Source of the DNA: Actinomycetaceae bacterium
GTDB taxonomy: Bacteria > Actinomycetota > Actinomycetes > Actinomycetales > Actinomycetaceae
Assembly (NCBI GenBank): GCA_017539125.1
Contig: JAFYHO010000054.1
Span: 12,171-76,170 of the forward strand
Reading direction: 5' to 3'
DNA length: 64,000 nt
The translations under genes were made by a program, and so were the position numbers. Below are positions 24,998 through 34,122 of the stretch, in pieces. The notes below the pieces were generated by a model. The model did no database searches. It saw nothing but the letters and a program-made list of their open reading frames with translations, and was not told the origin of the DNA. Numbering within the stretch: position 1 is the first letter of the stretch; every line of letters starts with the position of its first letter.

Positions 24998-26056
24998 ATG
25001 CCGCGGTTATCTGTCATAACACCTTTTTACAACGTTTCAGAATTACTTTTTTCTGCATGCGTCGATTCTATTCTTAACCAAGATTTCACAGATTTTGAGT
25101 GGATTATCGTTGACGACGGCTCAGATGAAAAAAGTGCTACGATGCTGGATAGTTATGCCGCGCGAGACGAGCGCATACATGCGTATCACTGTGGCAATGA
25201 GGGCGTTTCTGCCGCGCGCAATAGTGGGCTCGATGTGGCAGTGGGCGACTATTTCACTTTTGTCGATGCCGACGATCTCGTAACACCTATTTTTTTCAGT
25301 AACTCCACAGAAATACTCGACCGCACTAACGCCGATATCGCCTATGGCTTCCTCCGACGAACTGGTGGCAATTCTATCCTTGGTGTTGACGCAGGCGATT
25401 TGCGAGAAGAAGTTTTGACAGGAAATAAGCTGTCGCTTTTCCAGCGTGGCGTACTCGCGGGAGAGAAATTGCCTGGTCTGGCAGAAGTAAAGAAATACGC
25501 TCCGTATCCAGTTGCCCCAAAAGTTTATCGTCGAAAAGTATTTAGTGAACTCCGCTTTAGGCGCGGTATGCCTGTCGGCGAAGATTCCCTTTTCAATGCC
25601 ATGTCACTCGATATAGCCCAATCCATCGTTCTTATTCCAGAGCATTGGTATAACTACATCATTCACCGCCACTCTGTTTCCCAAGCGCCCGCATTGGATA
25701 AATTATTAGACCAGCTTGCCGGGTTTTCCGCATATATTGACGAGGGTTCTGCGCGGGGGTGGAACAAGTCTGATGTCGGCATGAGGTATGCTCACGCACT
25801 CGTAAATGTCCTTTCCGTCCTTGCTAAGTACACATCTATTGGTGAAATGCGTCGTTTTACAAAAAACGCTCTTAAGCTTGATGCTGCAGCATGGCTGGGA
25901 GATATTGACATATCCAACTACGAGCTCTCGCCACAGTTCCGCCTGCTTGCCACAATGATTCACCATAAAAGGGCGAATGCGATTGTTGCTCTTATGAAAG
26001 CGCAACCTACAGTTGATGTCCTGAAAGCACGTGTTCACCGTATGCTAAAGAATTAA
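24998..26056 (+). CDS. family-2 glycosyltransferase
   Basis: LSVITPFYNVSELLFSACVDSILNQDFTDFEWIIVDDGSDE...VDADD. The start ATG 24998 lies 9 nt after AGGAG. The track start at 24989 abuts the SD. Confidence 0.85.
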   Translation: MPRLSVITPFYNVSELLFSACVDSILNQDFTDFEWIIVDDGSDEKSATMLDSYAARDERIHAYHCGNEGVSAARNSGLDVAVGDYFTFVDADDLVTPIFFSNSTEILDRTNADIAYGFLRRTGGNSILGVDAGDLREEVLTGNKLSLFQRGVLAGEKLPGLAEVKKYAPYPVAPKVYRRKVFSELRFRRGMPVGEDSLFNAMSLDIAQSIVLIPEHWYNYIIHRHSVSQAPALDKLLDQLAGFSAYIDEGSARGWNKSDVGMRYAHALVNVLSVLAKYTSIGEMRRFTKNALKLDAAAWLGDIDISNYELSPQFRLLATMIHHKRANAIVALMKAQPTVDVLKARVHRMLKN

Positions 26057-26129
26057 CCAGTTTTAGATAGCTTGTCGCATAATCTTTGATTTATAGGCAC
26101 AATGGATGAGAGAGTATTGAGGAGGAACC

Positions 26130-27137
26130 ATGGCGGAGAAAGTACTCACTATCTCTGTAGCTGCATACAATGTTGCGGACTATCTGAAGCAGACGCTTGA
26201 ATCATGCCTTGCACTATCCTACAAGGATTTTGAGGTACTCATCGTTAATGATGGCTCAAGCGACACAACAGCTCAGATTGCCGCCGACTATGAAAAACAC
26301 TATCCTGACATCTTCAAACTTGTATCTAAAGAAAACGGCGGCTATGGTTCAACGGTCAATACTGCTCTTGAGGTGGCACAAGGTAAGTATTTTAAGCTTT
26401 TGGACGGTGACGACTGGTTTGACACCGATGGTTTAGAGTCTCTGCTTAGCGTTTTACGCGATAACGATGTTGACCTTGTTCTCACTCCTTATGTCCGTCA
26501 AGAAGAAGGTGTTGGGACAAAAATTGTTGATCAGGCAGAGGGGATTGAGGAACGCATATGGGATTTTGACGAGTGCCCTATTCCTTGGCGTATCTCCATG
26601 CATTCAATGGCATATCGCACCGCATTAGTTCGCGAATCGGGTCTGCGTCTCGAGGAACATTGCGTCTATACTGACACTGATTACATTACGGAACCTTTGC
26701 ATCGTGTTCACACAGTCTATGTAAGCCACACTCCTGTTTATCAGTATCGGATAGGGCGCGAAGGCCAATCAATGGAACGTGCGGGGCGTATTCGCCACCG
26801 AGGCGAAATGGAATCGCTCATTTATCGTATGCTTAAGCGTTGGCCGTCTCTCGAAAATACAAATACTACTGCGGAACGGGTATGCCGAGCTTGGCTTATT
26901 GATGATATTGTCGGTCACCTTCAACTTCTTTATTCTATGGATGCTTCCGATCAGATAAAGGACGAGATTCTCCGTTTTACTGAGTATGTGCGTACAGCTG
27001 CACCAGCGCTTTACCGCGATACTCTCAAGCATTCCCAGTGGGCTTTCCTTTTTGATAAAGGTGGCGCTCGCGGATATAAAGCAGTCAGCGCAGCTTATCA
27101 CGCTTTTCTTGCTGTAAAAGATGCTCTGAAACGCTAA
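26130..27137 (+). CDS. family-2 glycosyltransferase
   Basis: LTISVAAYNVADYLKQTLESCLALSYKDFEVLIVNDGSSD...LDGDD. This is the last gene of the + operon. Confidence 0.85.
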   Translation: MAEKVLTISVAAYNVADYLKQTLESCLALSYKDFEVLIVNDGSSDTTAQIAADYEKHYPDIFKLVSKENGGYGSTVNTALEVAQGKYFKLLDGDDWFDTDGLESLLSVLRDNDVDLVLTPYVRQEEGVGTKIVDQAEGIEERIWDFDECPIPWRISMHSMAYRTALVRESGLRLEEHCVYTDTDYITEPLHRVHTVYVSHTPVYQYRIGREGQSMERAGRIRHRGEMESLIYRMLKRWPSLENTNTTAERVCRAWLIDDIVGHLQLLYSMDASDQIKDEILRFTEYVRTAAPALYRDTLKHSQWAFLFDKGGARGYKAVSAAYHAFLAVKDALKR

Positions 27138-27141
27138 TACA

Positions 27142-28218
27142 TTATTTGGATATTTTCCGCACAAGGGCGACAAGGAGCAAATCGTATCCGAAACGCAGCA
27201 AAGATTTAGCAATCCAGCTATCTGCAATTGGCGCGACTGAAATTGCGCTGAGCATAAGGAGCCTGCCATCGATAGCGTGCATTGCGTAGATTTCAAGAGA
27301 ATGTCTCCCCGTCCATGCCACTGCCTTCTCGGCGTATCGAAGAATGGGAACAGTACGCAGGGCTTCAATGCCCAAAGAAATATAACAAAGGGCTAAGGTT
27401 CCAGCAAGCGCGCCGCATATCGCGAGTAGATAGTTGTCTCCCCACGCGCGCGATGACATTTCAAATGTCGAGTACCGTGTAGCAATTATCCAGAGTATAA
27501 ACGCCACCACTCCAACAAAGACGAGCTTTAGACGCACTGCATTGAGCACTTTTATGAGCTGACCGAAGAACATGAAGCCGACGGCGAGCAATGCCAAATC
27601 AAAATCAAAAGGCAGATATACCAGTAACTTTTGCGGGACAACAAAGGCGAGGGCAAGCATCAGCACACCAGTGCCAGCGATTATCCACGGGTTATTATCC
27701 TGTTTCCATTTAGCGGCAATACGCAACAAAGCATTAGCAAGAATACGCGCAAGGAATAGGCACCATAAAAACCATGCCATTCCAACCCCGTAAAAACCGC
27801 CGCCAACATAATCAAGTCGAACACCAGCCCACATGCTTTGTGGCATCCATTGTGTCGACGGGTAACCTGCGGGAAAGACAAGTGCCTGTGCGAGCGCGAG
27901 AAAACGCGAAGATATTGGCGCATCACTTGTGAGCACATTCGGCAATACAGCTATCGCCACAATGAGTATGTAGGGCAAAAGTAGGCGCTTCGCCGAAGAC
28001 TGCAGAACTGTTTTCCACGGTTTTGCCCGCAACGTGAAGCCTGCGAGAATAAAGAACGCTGGCATATGAAAGGAAAAGATAAGTTGGCGAACTGTCCCGT
28101 GGTCAACCGTATGCCCAACCACAACTAAAAAGATGGCAATGCCTTTAGCAATGTCTAGCCATTCCAAGCGAGACGAAGCAGGCAAATCACCAGATTCTCT
28201 CGTTTTCTGCGCCATCAA
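27142..28218 (-). CDS. acyltransferase-3 family O-acyltransferase (intact)
   Basis: RLEWLDIAKGIAIFLVVVGHT plus about 10 TM segments. Its stop lies 4 nt from the convergent GT2 stop. Confidence 0.8.
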   Translation of the reverse strand: MMAQKTRESGDLPASSRLEWLDIAKGIAIFLVVVGHTVDHGTVRQLIFSFHMPAFFILAGFTLRAKPWKTVLQSSAKRLLLPYILIVAIAVLPNVLTSDAPISSRFLALAQALVFPAGYPSTQWMPQSMWAGVRLDYVGGGFYGVGMAWFLWCLFLARILANALLRIAAKWKQDNNPWIIAGTGVLMLALAFVVPQKLLVYLPFDFDLALLAVGFMFFGQLIKVLNAVRLKLVFVGVVAFILWIIATRYSTFEMSSRAWGDNYLLAICGALAGTLALCYISLGIEALRTVPILRYAEKAVAWTGRHSLEIYAMHAIDGRLLMLSAISVAPIADSWIAKSLLRFGYDLLLVALVRKISK

Positions 28219-29684
28219 TTTTCCTTTTTCTTCAAACCACTTGTATCGAGAAGCTCAAGGAAAAAAGGATCTTTACGTATAAGTAACCAAGCAAAAGTGC
28301 AGGCAAGGAAGAAGATTGCTCCAATTCCCACTTCAAGGAATAGACCTGGATAACTCAATCCCCACATCGCACGCGTCACGTGAGCAACATAGCGCACCAG
28401 TACTGCCATGAGAACACCAATAATAAAGAAAGGAATAATGCGAGCAAAGAAACGACCAACTGGTAATTCTTTGCGAACCATGATGACTTGGGCAACCAAA
28501 ACAGCAACTTCTGCAGCAATTGTCGCTATTGCTGCCCCTAAAGACCCGTAGGGTTTAATAAGAATCAGGTTTAAGACAATATTGACAACAGCTCCAGCGA
28601 GAACCGAGATAGTGAAAAACCAGTCTTTATGACTGGGAAGTAAGTATTGATTGCCAAGAACATTCGTCGACGCAATCAAAGGGACGACTCCAGCTAAAAC
28701 AATCATCGTAGGAATTGCAGGACTGAATGTACCTGATAAAAACTTTGTCACAAATTCGGGGGCAATTGCTCCAATGCCAAAAGCGGCAGCGAAAGCCGCA
28801 ATCATCATAAACCAGAAGGACAACTCCAACGCATGTAAACCTAAGGCTCTGTCTTCCTCGTTATCACTGGAAAAATACGAAGACATACGAGGAAGCATGA
28901 CCGCGCCAAGTGCAGTAATAACGGCGAGAGGAATCTTGGCAACACGCTCAGAGTACTCGTAGTAACCAGTTTGAACCATTGTCGATATCGCGCCAAGCAT
29001 GATTTTGTCTAAAACAGTGTATAGAGAGATGGCGATGACGGGAATGAAAAGGCGGAGTGAGGGACGAAAATGGGCGCTAATCTCTTGCCATGAAGGAGTG
29101 TAGAAATCGACATACCGCGGGATAAAAGGCAAAACGAGAAGCTGAGAAACTAAATAGCCACCCGCAATGATAATCACGTAAATCCACAGATCTTCATAGG
29201 ATTTCACCAAAGTAAAAATAAGTACAAGCTCGGTGACTTTAACGATCACATTGCGAATTGTCGGAATTTTGAACTCTTCAACTCCAAAAAGGAGCCATGA
29301 AGCATTCAACGCTGCCGAAATAATCCAAAAACACCAGAAAAAAGCTATCTTATGTCCACCTTTAGGCTCGGGGATCCAATACACAAAATAAATTGCTAAA
29401 ACTATCGCAGCGATAAGCAGCTGGCTAACATAGGCGCTCCAAAACGCTTTTGACAATTCCTGGCGATTATGGCGTTTCATTGCCACAAGGCGCACGCCAT
29501 ACGTCGACATTCCTAAGGTTGCAAAAAGAACAAAATACTGAGTAATTGAAGAAGTATAAGAGTAGACGCCCACGCCAGTCGGTTCAAGTACACGAGATAA
29601 ATATGGAGTCGTAATAAGCGGAGTAATAATCAGGAGTACCTGATACGCCGCGTTATAGAGAAAACTGTGCCGTAGGCGTGGCAT
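28215..29684 (-). CDS. Wzx-type oligosaccharide flippase (MOP superfamily)
   Basis: 489 aa and polytopic. The N-terminus LYNAAYQVLLIITPLITTPYLSRVLEPTGVGVYSY is typical of polysaccharide-biosynthesis flippases. Confidence 0.8.
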   Translation of the reverse strand: MPRLRHSFLYNAAYQVLLIITPLITTPYLSRVLEPTGVGVYSYTSSITQYFVLFATLGMSTYGVRLVAMKRHNRQELSKAFWSAYVSQLLIAAIVLAIYFVYWIPEPKGGHKIAFFWCFWIISAALNASWLLFGVEEFKIPTIRNVIVKVTELVLIFTLVKSYEDLWIYVIIIAGGYLVSQLLVLPFIPRYVDFYTPSWQEISAHFRPSLRLFIPVIAISLYTVLDKIMLGAISTMVQTGYYEYSERVAKIPLAVITALGAVMLPRMSSYFSSDNEEDRALGLHALELSFWFMMIAAFAAAFGIGAIAPEFVTKFLSGTFSPAIPTMIVLAGVVPLIASTNVLGNQYLLPSHKDWFFTISVLAGAVVNIVLNLILIKPYGSLGAAIATIAAEVAVLVAQVIMVRKELPVGRFFARIIPFFIIGVLMAVLVRYVAHVTRAMWGLSYPGLFLEVGIGAIFFLACTFAWLLIRKDPFFLELLDTSGLKKKEN

Positions 29685-29704
29685 AGAACTCCTTAGATAA
29701 ACAT

Positions 29705-30763
29705 CTAATCACTCAAAGCAACTATAGTACGTTCGAGTCCTTCAGGCATAGTTAAACTGGCTTTCCAGCCAAGGGCGTGGGCGCGGGCAGGATTGAGGAT
29801 TGCACGGGTTGCTGTGGAATACCCTGCTCTCTCTGTTTCGTCTGGCAAATCGAAAATGACCTGAGTGCCAGCACTCTCAGCAATCGCAGCCGCAATATCC
29901 CGCAAGCTCATATCGCAACTCGAATCAGCGAGGTTATAGGCAGCACCCGCGTCGCCACGCGTGAGCACCCAGAGCATTCCGCACACAGCATCACGCACAT
30001 GCAAGTAGGAGAAGAACTGCGTTCCTTCCGATTTCAACACGACATCTTCGCGTGCCACACCCTTAAAAATGAACTGGCTAATCGCTTTAGTATCCGAGGG
30101 CAGAACTGTTGCTCCAAAAATGCGCGGCAGACGGGGAATGAATACGGGCAGATTCTTCTGCGCCATATAGGCCTGGCAGAGCGCTTCGCCTGCACGTTTG
30201 GCTTCAGGATAGCCAGCACGTAGAGTATTGCAATCAATATAGCCCAAATAATCTTCACTGAAAGAATCAGTATCGCCGCGATTTTCTCCGTAAATCTCAA
30301 CAGAAGAGGCAAAAACAAATGCGTCTGCTTCCGAAGCAACTCCATACTCCAAAAGATTCGATAAACCCGTCATATTAGACGCGATAGTACCAATCGGGTC
30401 GCTCGCATAGGCGCGAGGGTGAGTGGCAGAAGCGAGATGAAGAATAATATCGGCACGCTTATTTGGGCGCGCTCCATGAACCGACACATCGCACACTTCA
30501 AAAGAAAAATCGTCACGATCAAAATACGGCAGACGCTTGCGTGCTTTTTCCTCATTACGCCCCAAAGCAAGAACGTGGCAATCCAAATGCGCTATATCGT
30601 TTTTCAACAGCAAAACATCGATGAGAAATGTGCCGACCATACCGGTCGCCCCAGAAATCGCAATAGTTTTACCGCGCAACTTTTCCCAATCAAGCCCGCT
30701 TGCGCATACGTATTCACAATCTTCGTGATACAGAGGATTATCTAAATAAGTCGTCGCGCCCAT
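29705..30763 (-). CDS. extended short-chain dehydrogenase/reductase (NAD-dependent epimerase/dehydratase family), candidate ribulose-5-P reductase
   Basis: Rossmann motif ISGATGMVGTF and catalytic YxxxK (YPEAKRAGE). It lies immediately downstream of the TarI-like gene. Confidence 0.75.
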   Translation of the reverse strand: MGATTYLDNPLYHEDCEYVCASGLDWEKLRGKTIAISGATGMVGTFLIDVLLLKNDIAHLDCHVLALGRNEEKARKRLPYFDRDDFSFEVCDVSVHGARPNKRADIILHLASATHPRAYASDPIGTIASNMTGLSNLLEYGVASEADAFVFASSVEIYGENRGDTDSFSEDYLGYIDCNTLRAGYPEAKRAGEALCQAYMAQKNLPVFIPRLPRIFGATVLPSDTKAISQFIFKGVAREDVVLKSEGTQFFSYLHVRDAVCGMLWVLTRGDAGAAYNLADSSCDMSLRDIAAAIAESAGTQVIFDLPDETERAGYSTATRAILNPARAHALGWKASLTMPEGLERTIVALSD

Positions 30764-30778
30764 TTCATGTACCTCGTC

Positions 30779-31504
30779 TTACTTCAACCACGTATCGGAA
30801 TCTGCAGCGAGATATGCCTTGAAAAGTTCCAAATCATCTTTTGTCGTCAACTTGATATTCTTATCCGAACCAGCAGCAAAATACAAAAGATAACCAAGCT
30901 CAACCATCATCGTATTGGTGTAATGCGAGCCGTGGACACCAATATTTTCTGCAAAAGCACGCTCATACGCACTCGAGAGTAAATCGTAGCGGTACGCTTG
31001 TGGAGTCGAAACTCTGCGCAGCGTCTCGCGCGGAATAAACTCACTCGTCGTCTCAGGGTCTTCGGGATCAACACGGAAAATCTGCTCGTTATAAGGCAGA
31101 GACGTCACGGCATTGCCATGCTCACCAGCCACACGCAATACATCGCTCAAAACAGCAGAATCCACAAGCGGGCGAATACCGTCATGAATAATAATCAAAT
31201 CATCTGGCGCAGCGAATTCACCGACAGCTTTAACACCGTTATAAATCGACTCTTGTCCACTTGCGCCACCGGGAACAATCGTCACCAGCTTCTCGATATT
31301 GAATTGCTTGGCATAAGCGCGCGCAACATCAATCCACGACTCAATGCAGACCAAAACAATCGAATCAACCTCCGGGTGACGCTGGAAAGACTCAAGCGTA
31401 TAAATCAAGACAGGTTTGTCATACACGTTAATGAATTGCTTAGGAATATCCTGACCCATACGAGAGCCGGAACCGCCCGCGATGATTACCGCGATATTAC
31501 TCAT
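30779..31504 (-). CDS. IspD/TarI-family cytidylyltransferase (probable D-ribitol-5-phosphate cytidylyltransferase)
   Basis: MSNIAVIIAGGSGSRMGQDIPKQFINVYDKPVLIYTLESF...; 241 aa. Confidence 0.8.
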   Translation of the reverse strand: MSNIAVIIAGGSGSRMGQDIPKQFINVYDKPVLIYTLESFQRHPEVDSIVLVCIESWIDVARAYAKQFNIEKLVTIVPGGASGQESIYNGVKAVGEFAAPDDLIIIHDGIRPLVDSAVLSDVLRVAGEHGNAVTSLPYNEQIFRVDPEDPETTSEFIPRETLRRVSTPQAYRYDLLSSAYERAFAENIGVHGSHYTNTMMVELGYLLYFAAGSDKNIKLTTKDDLELFKAYLAADSDTWLK

Positions 31505-31513
31505 CTCTATCTC

Positions 31514-32281
31514 CTAAAAACTTTCGGTGTATCGGCGACCGAGGAACTTGGCTGCTAAGAAACCGCCACCCTTCTTCAGCCAATTCGTCTTCTCTGTTGA
31601 CATCACAGGACACTCAATATAATCGTAGCCTTTTGTATTTAGCCATGCATCTATTAGAAGCTCTGAAAGCCTACCGACCACACGCGCTTCAAAAGCCGTC
31701 ATGCCCTCAAAATCGAGACGCTTTTCCACCTCGAAAAGAATCGGGAAAAGCCACGAGCAATACTCGTCAAAAAGATCACGCCGCATAAGCATCATATTGA
31801 AAATATGTGCACCGCGAGCGCTGAGCACTTTTTCATATGCTGGCAACGATTCGGGAGACAGCTCGCCAAGCACATCACGCACAACATCAAGATGCGCCGC
31901 ATCAAAAGTATGCGCATAGTGATTACCGACGGTTTCGATATAGTAGTTGCGTTTTTTCGGCAGGATAATCGGACACCGCTCAAGCATCTGGGCAGCTTCT
32001 GCACCGCTGAGTACGCCCCTCTCCCCGCGTCCAGCGAAATGTCGACGATAATGCGCCAAACCCAGAGCATCTTCGTCTTTGAGATTCTTCCATGCCCAAT
32101 ACAAAGCGGTCAGCTCACTGTAACGCGGATTGGAGGCTGAGATATTCTCTCCCTCGTCATCGCGTTGAAAATTAAGCTGCGTATCAGAATTCGCTGCACC
32201 CACATGAACGGGGAGATACAGAGAATCTTCTGGTGTCCAATAAGGCTTGTGTGCAGCAATAACGATACGCGCCATAATCAT
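31514..32281 (-). CDS. DUF4422-family protein (putative glycosyltransferase)
   Basis: IVIAAHKPYWTPEDSLYLPVHVGA...NPRYSELTALYWAWKN...LAHYRRHF matches my memory of DUF4422 proteins from EPS and capsule loci. Confidence 0.65.
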   Translation of the reverse strand: MIMARIVIAAHKPYWTPEDSLYLPVHVGAANSDTQLNFQRDDEGENISASNPRYSELTALYWAWKNLKDEDALGLAHYRRHFAGRGERGVLSGAEAAQMLERCPIILPKKRNYYIETVGNHYAHTFDAAHLDVVRDVLGELSPESLPAYEKVLSARGAHIFNMMLMRRDLFDEYCSWLFPILFEVEKRLDFEGMTAFEARVVGRLSELLIDAWLNTKGYDYIECPVMSTEKTNWLKKGGGFLAAKFLGRRYTESF

Positions 32282-32330
32282 TGGCCCCTAAAGCCTGCGT
32301 TTTTATAGCTGTTTCCATAGGAGTAATTTT

Positions 32331-32972
32331 TCATTTTGCTCCCTTAGCTTTGAGCACAACTGACACAGCAGAAAAACCAATACGCAAATCAAGTAAAAGA
32401 CTTTTATGGAGGGAATAATACTTTTCTAGTTCCAAACGAGTTTCAAAATCAACATCGTTACGACCATTAATTGCCCAATACGAAATAATGCCTGGCTTTG
32501 CATTAGTAATAATGTCGCAATCTTCACCCATATCGTCACGTTCACTCGGAAGATATGGCCGATTACCGATAATGGACATATCGCCCTTCACAACATTGAA
32601 GAATTGAGGGAATTCATCAATGCTAAATTTGCGAAGCTTTTTCCCCATATTAGTAATACGTGGATCATTTTCAAGTTTCTTATTTTTTTCATACTCGGCA
32701 GCATAATGAGGATTTTCAGATAAAAAGGTCGAAAGCATCTCCTGAGCTTTTGGCACCATCGTACGAATTTTATACAGTTTGAAAAGCTGACCACCTTCAC
32801 CAATGCGGTCTTGAACCAAAATAATTCGATCGTTGTCTTTATCGACAAGATAAATAATTTTGACGCCCAAAAGAACAAGAAGCGCGAAGACTGAGCCTAC
32901 TGAACCTACGCAGATATCGAAAAAGCGTTTCGATATTGCGTAGAACGCGCTTTCTTTGCGAGCCATGCCCAC
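32331..32972 (-). CDS. small (monotopic) undecaprenyl-phosphate sugar phosphotransferase, the initiating enzyme
   Basis: One N-terminal TM segment followed by the bacterial sugar transferase core: LFKLYKIRTM...DEFPQFFNVVKGDMSIIGNRPYLPSE. Confidence 0.85.
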   Translation of the reverse strand: MGMARKESAFYAISKRFFDICVGSVGSVFALLVLLGVKIIYLVDKDNDRIILVQDRIGEGGQLFKLYKIRTMVPKAQEMLSTFLSENPHYAAEYEKNKKLENDPRITNMGKKLRKFSIDEFPQFFNVVKGDMSIIGNRPYLPSERDDMGEDCDIITNAKPGIISYWAINGRNDVDFETRLELEKYYSLHKSLLLDLRIGFSAVSVVLKAKGAK

Positions 32973-33112
32973 TCCTTATCTGCTTGCCATTCGCGCTAAG
33001 CATTGCCATTATATCGCCCTTTGTCCACACATCTTTCTTTTCCCTCCAGCACGTCTTTTTTCCCATAAAACATCTCCCATCCCTTAGAATTGCGGAGACG
33101 AATGGAGTAGAA

Positions 33113-34099
33113 ATGAAAGTTCTTATCGCAGGTGGCGCTGGATACATCGGCTCACACACAGTTGCACACATGATTCGCGAGGGCTACGAGGTCGTTGTGC
33201 TCGATAATTTGGCGACGGGTCACCGCGAAGCTGTCCACCCAGACGCGGTTTTTTATGAGGGGGACGTGCGTGACCGCGCTTTTCTCGATGAGCTTTTTGC
33301 TCGCGAAAACGATATCGAAGCTGTGATCCATTTCTGCGCATGGTCGCTGGTCGGCGAATCGATGGAAAAGCCACTGAAATACTACGAGAACAATGTAGGC
33401 GGAGCGATTGTGCTGCTCGAAGCGATGATTGCTGCCGGTATCGACAAAATCGTCTTTTCTTCGACAGCCGCAACCTATGGCGAGCCGAAGTCTATTCCGA
33501 TTCGCGAGGACGACCCAACCGAGCCGACCAACACCTATGGCGAAACAAAGCTCGCTATGGAAAAGATGTTTAAGTGGGCGAGCGTTGCGCACGGTCTACG
33601 TTTTGTGTCCCTGCGATATTTCAACGCCTGCGGTGCGGCGCAGGGCGGCGCGATTGGCGAAGCGCATGCCACCGAGACGCATCTTATCCCGCTGATTTTG
33701 CAAGTTCCGCTCGGCAAGCGCGAACAGATTTTTATTTTTGGTGACGATTATGCCACCGAGGACGGCACGTGTATCCGCGATTATATCCATGTGGACGATT
33801 TGGCTCAGGCACACGAGAAAGCCGTGAAGTACCTGGCTGACGGTGGCCAGTCCGATATTTTCAATCTCGGTAACGGGACGGGCTTCTCGGTGCGTGAAGT
33901 CATTGACGTGGCTCGTGAAGTCACAGGGCATGAGATTCCCGAAATGGTCGCTGAGCGGCGAGCTGGCGACCCTGCCGTGCTAGTCGCTTCGAGCGAGAAG
34001 GCACGCGAAGTCTTGGGCTGGAATCCCGAAAAGGCAGATTTACGCGAGATTATCGGCTCTGCCTGGACATGGCATAAAAACCATCCCAACGGCTTTTAG
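33113..34099 (+). CDS. galE: UDP-glucose 4-epimerase
   Basis: MKVLIAGGAGYIGSH..., YGETKLAME (YxxxK) and DYIHVDDLA; 328 aa. The track ORF start at 32936 is a spurious upstream extension. Confidence 0.9.
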   Translation: MKVLIAGGAGYIGSHTVAHMIREGYEVVVLDNLATGHREAVHPDAVFYEGDVRDRAFLDELFARENDIEAVIHFCAWSLVGESMEKPLKYYENNVGGAIVLLEAMIAAGIDKIVFSSTAATYGEPKSIPIREDDPTEPTNTYGETKLAMEKMFKWASVAHGLRFVSLRYFNACGAAQGGAIGEAHATETHLIPLILQVPLGKREQIFIFGDDYATEDGTCIRDYIHVDDLAQAHEKAVKYLADGGQSDIFNLGNGTGFSVREVIDVAREVTGHEIPEMVAERRAGDPAVLVASSEKAREVLGWNPEKADLREIIGSAWTWHKNHPNGF

Positions 34100-34122
34100 T
34101 AACCTCTCTAAAACGCCCTGCC

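Noticed and set aside
32936-33112. 59-codon N-terminal extension of galE in the ORF track
   Set aside because: GalE-family proteins begin at the Rossmann motif (MKVLIAGGAGYIGSH), which here follows a GGAG SD at ATG 33113. The extension overlaps the divergent PGT gene.
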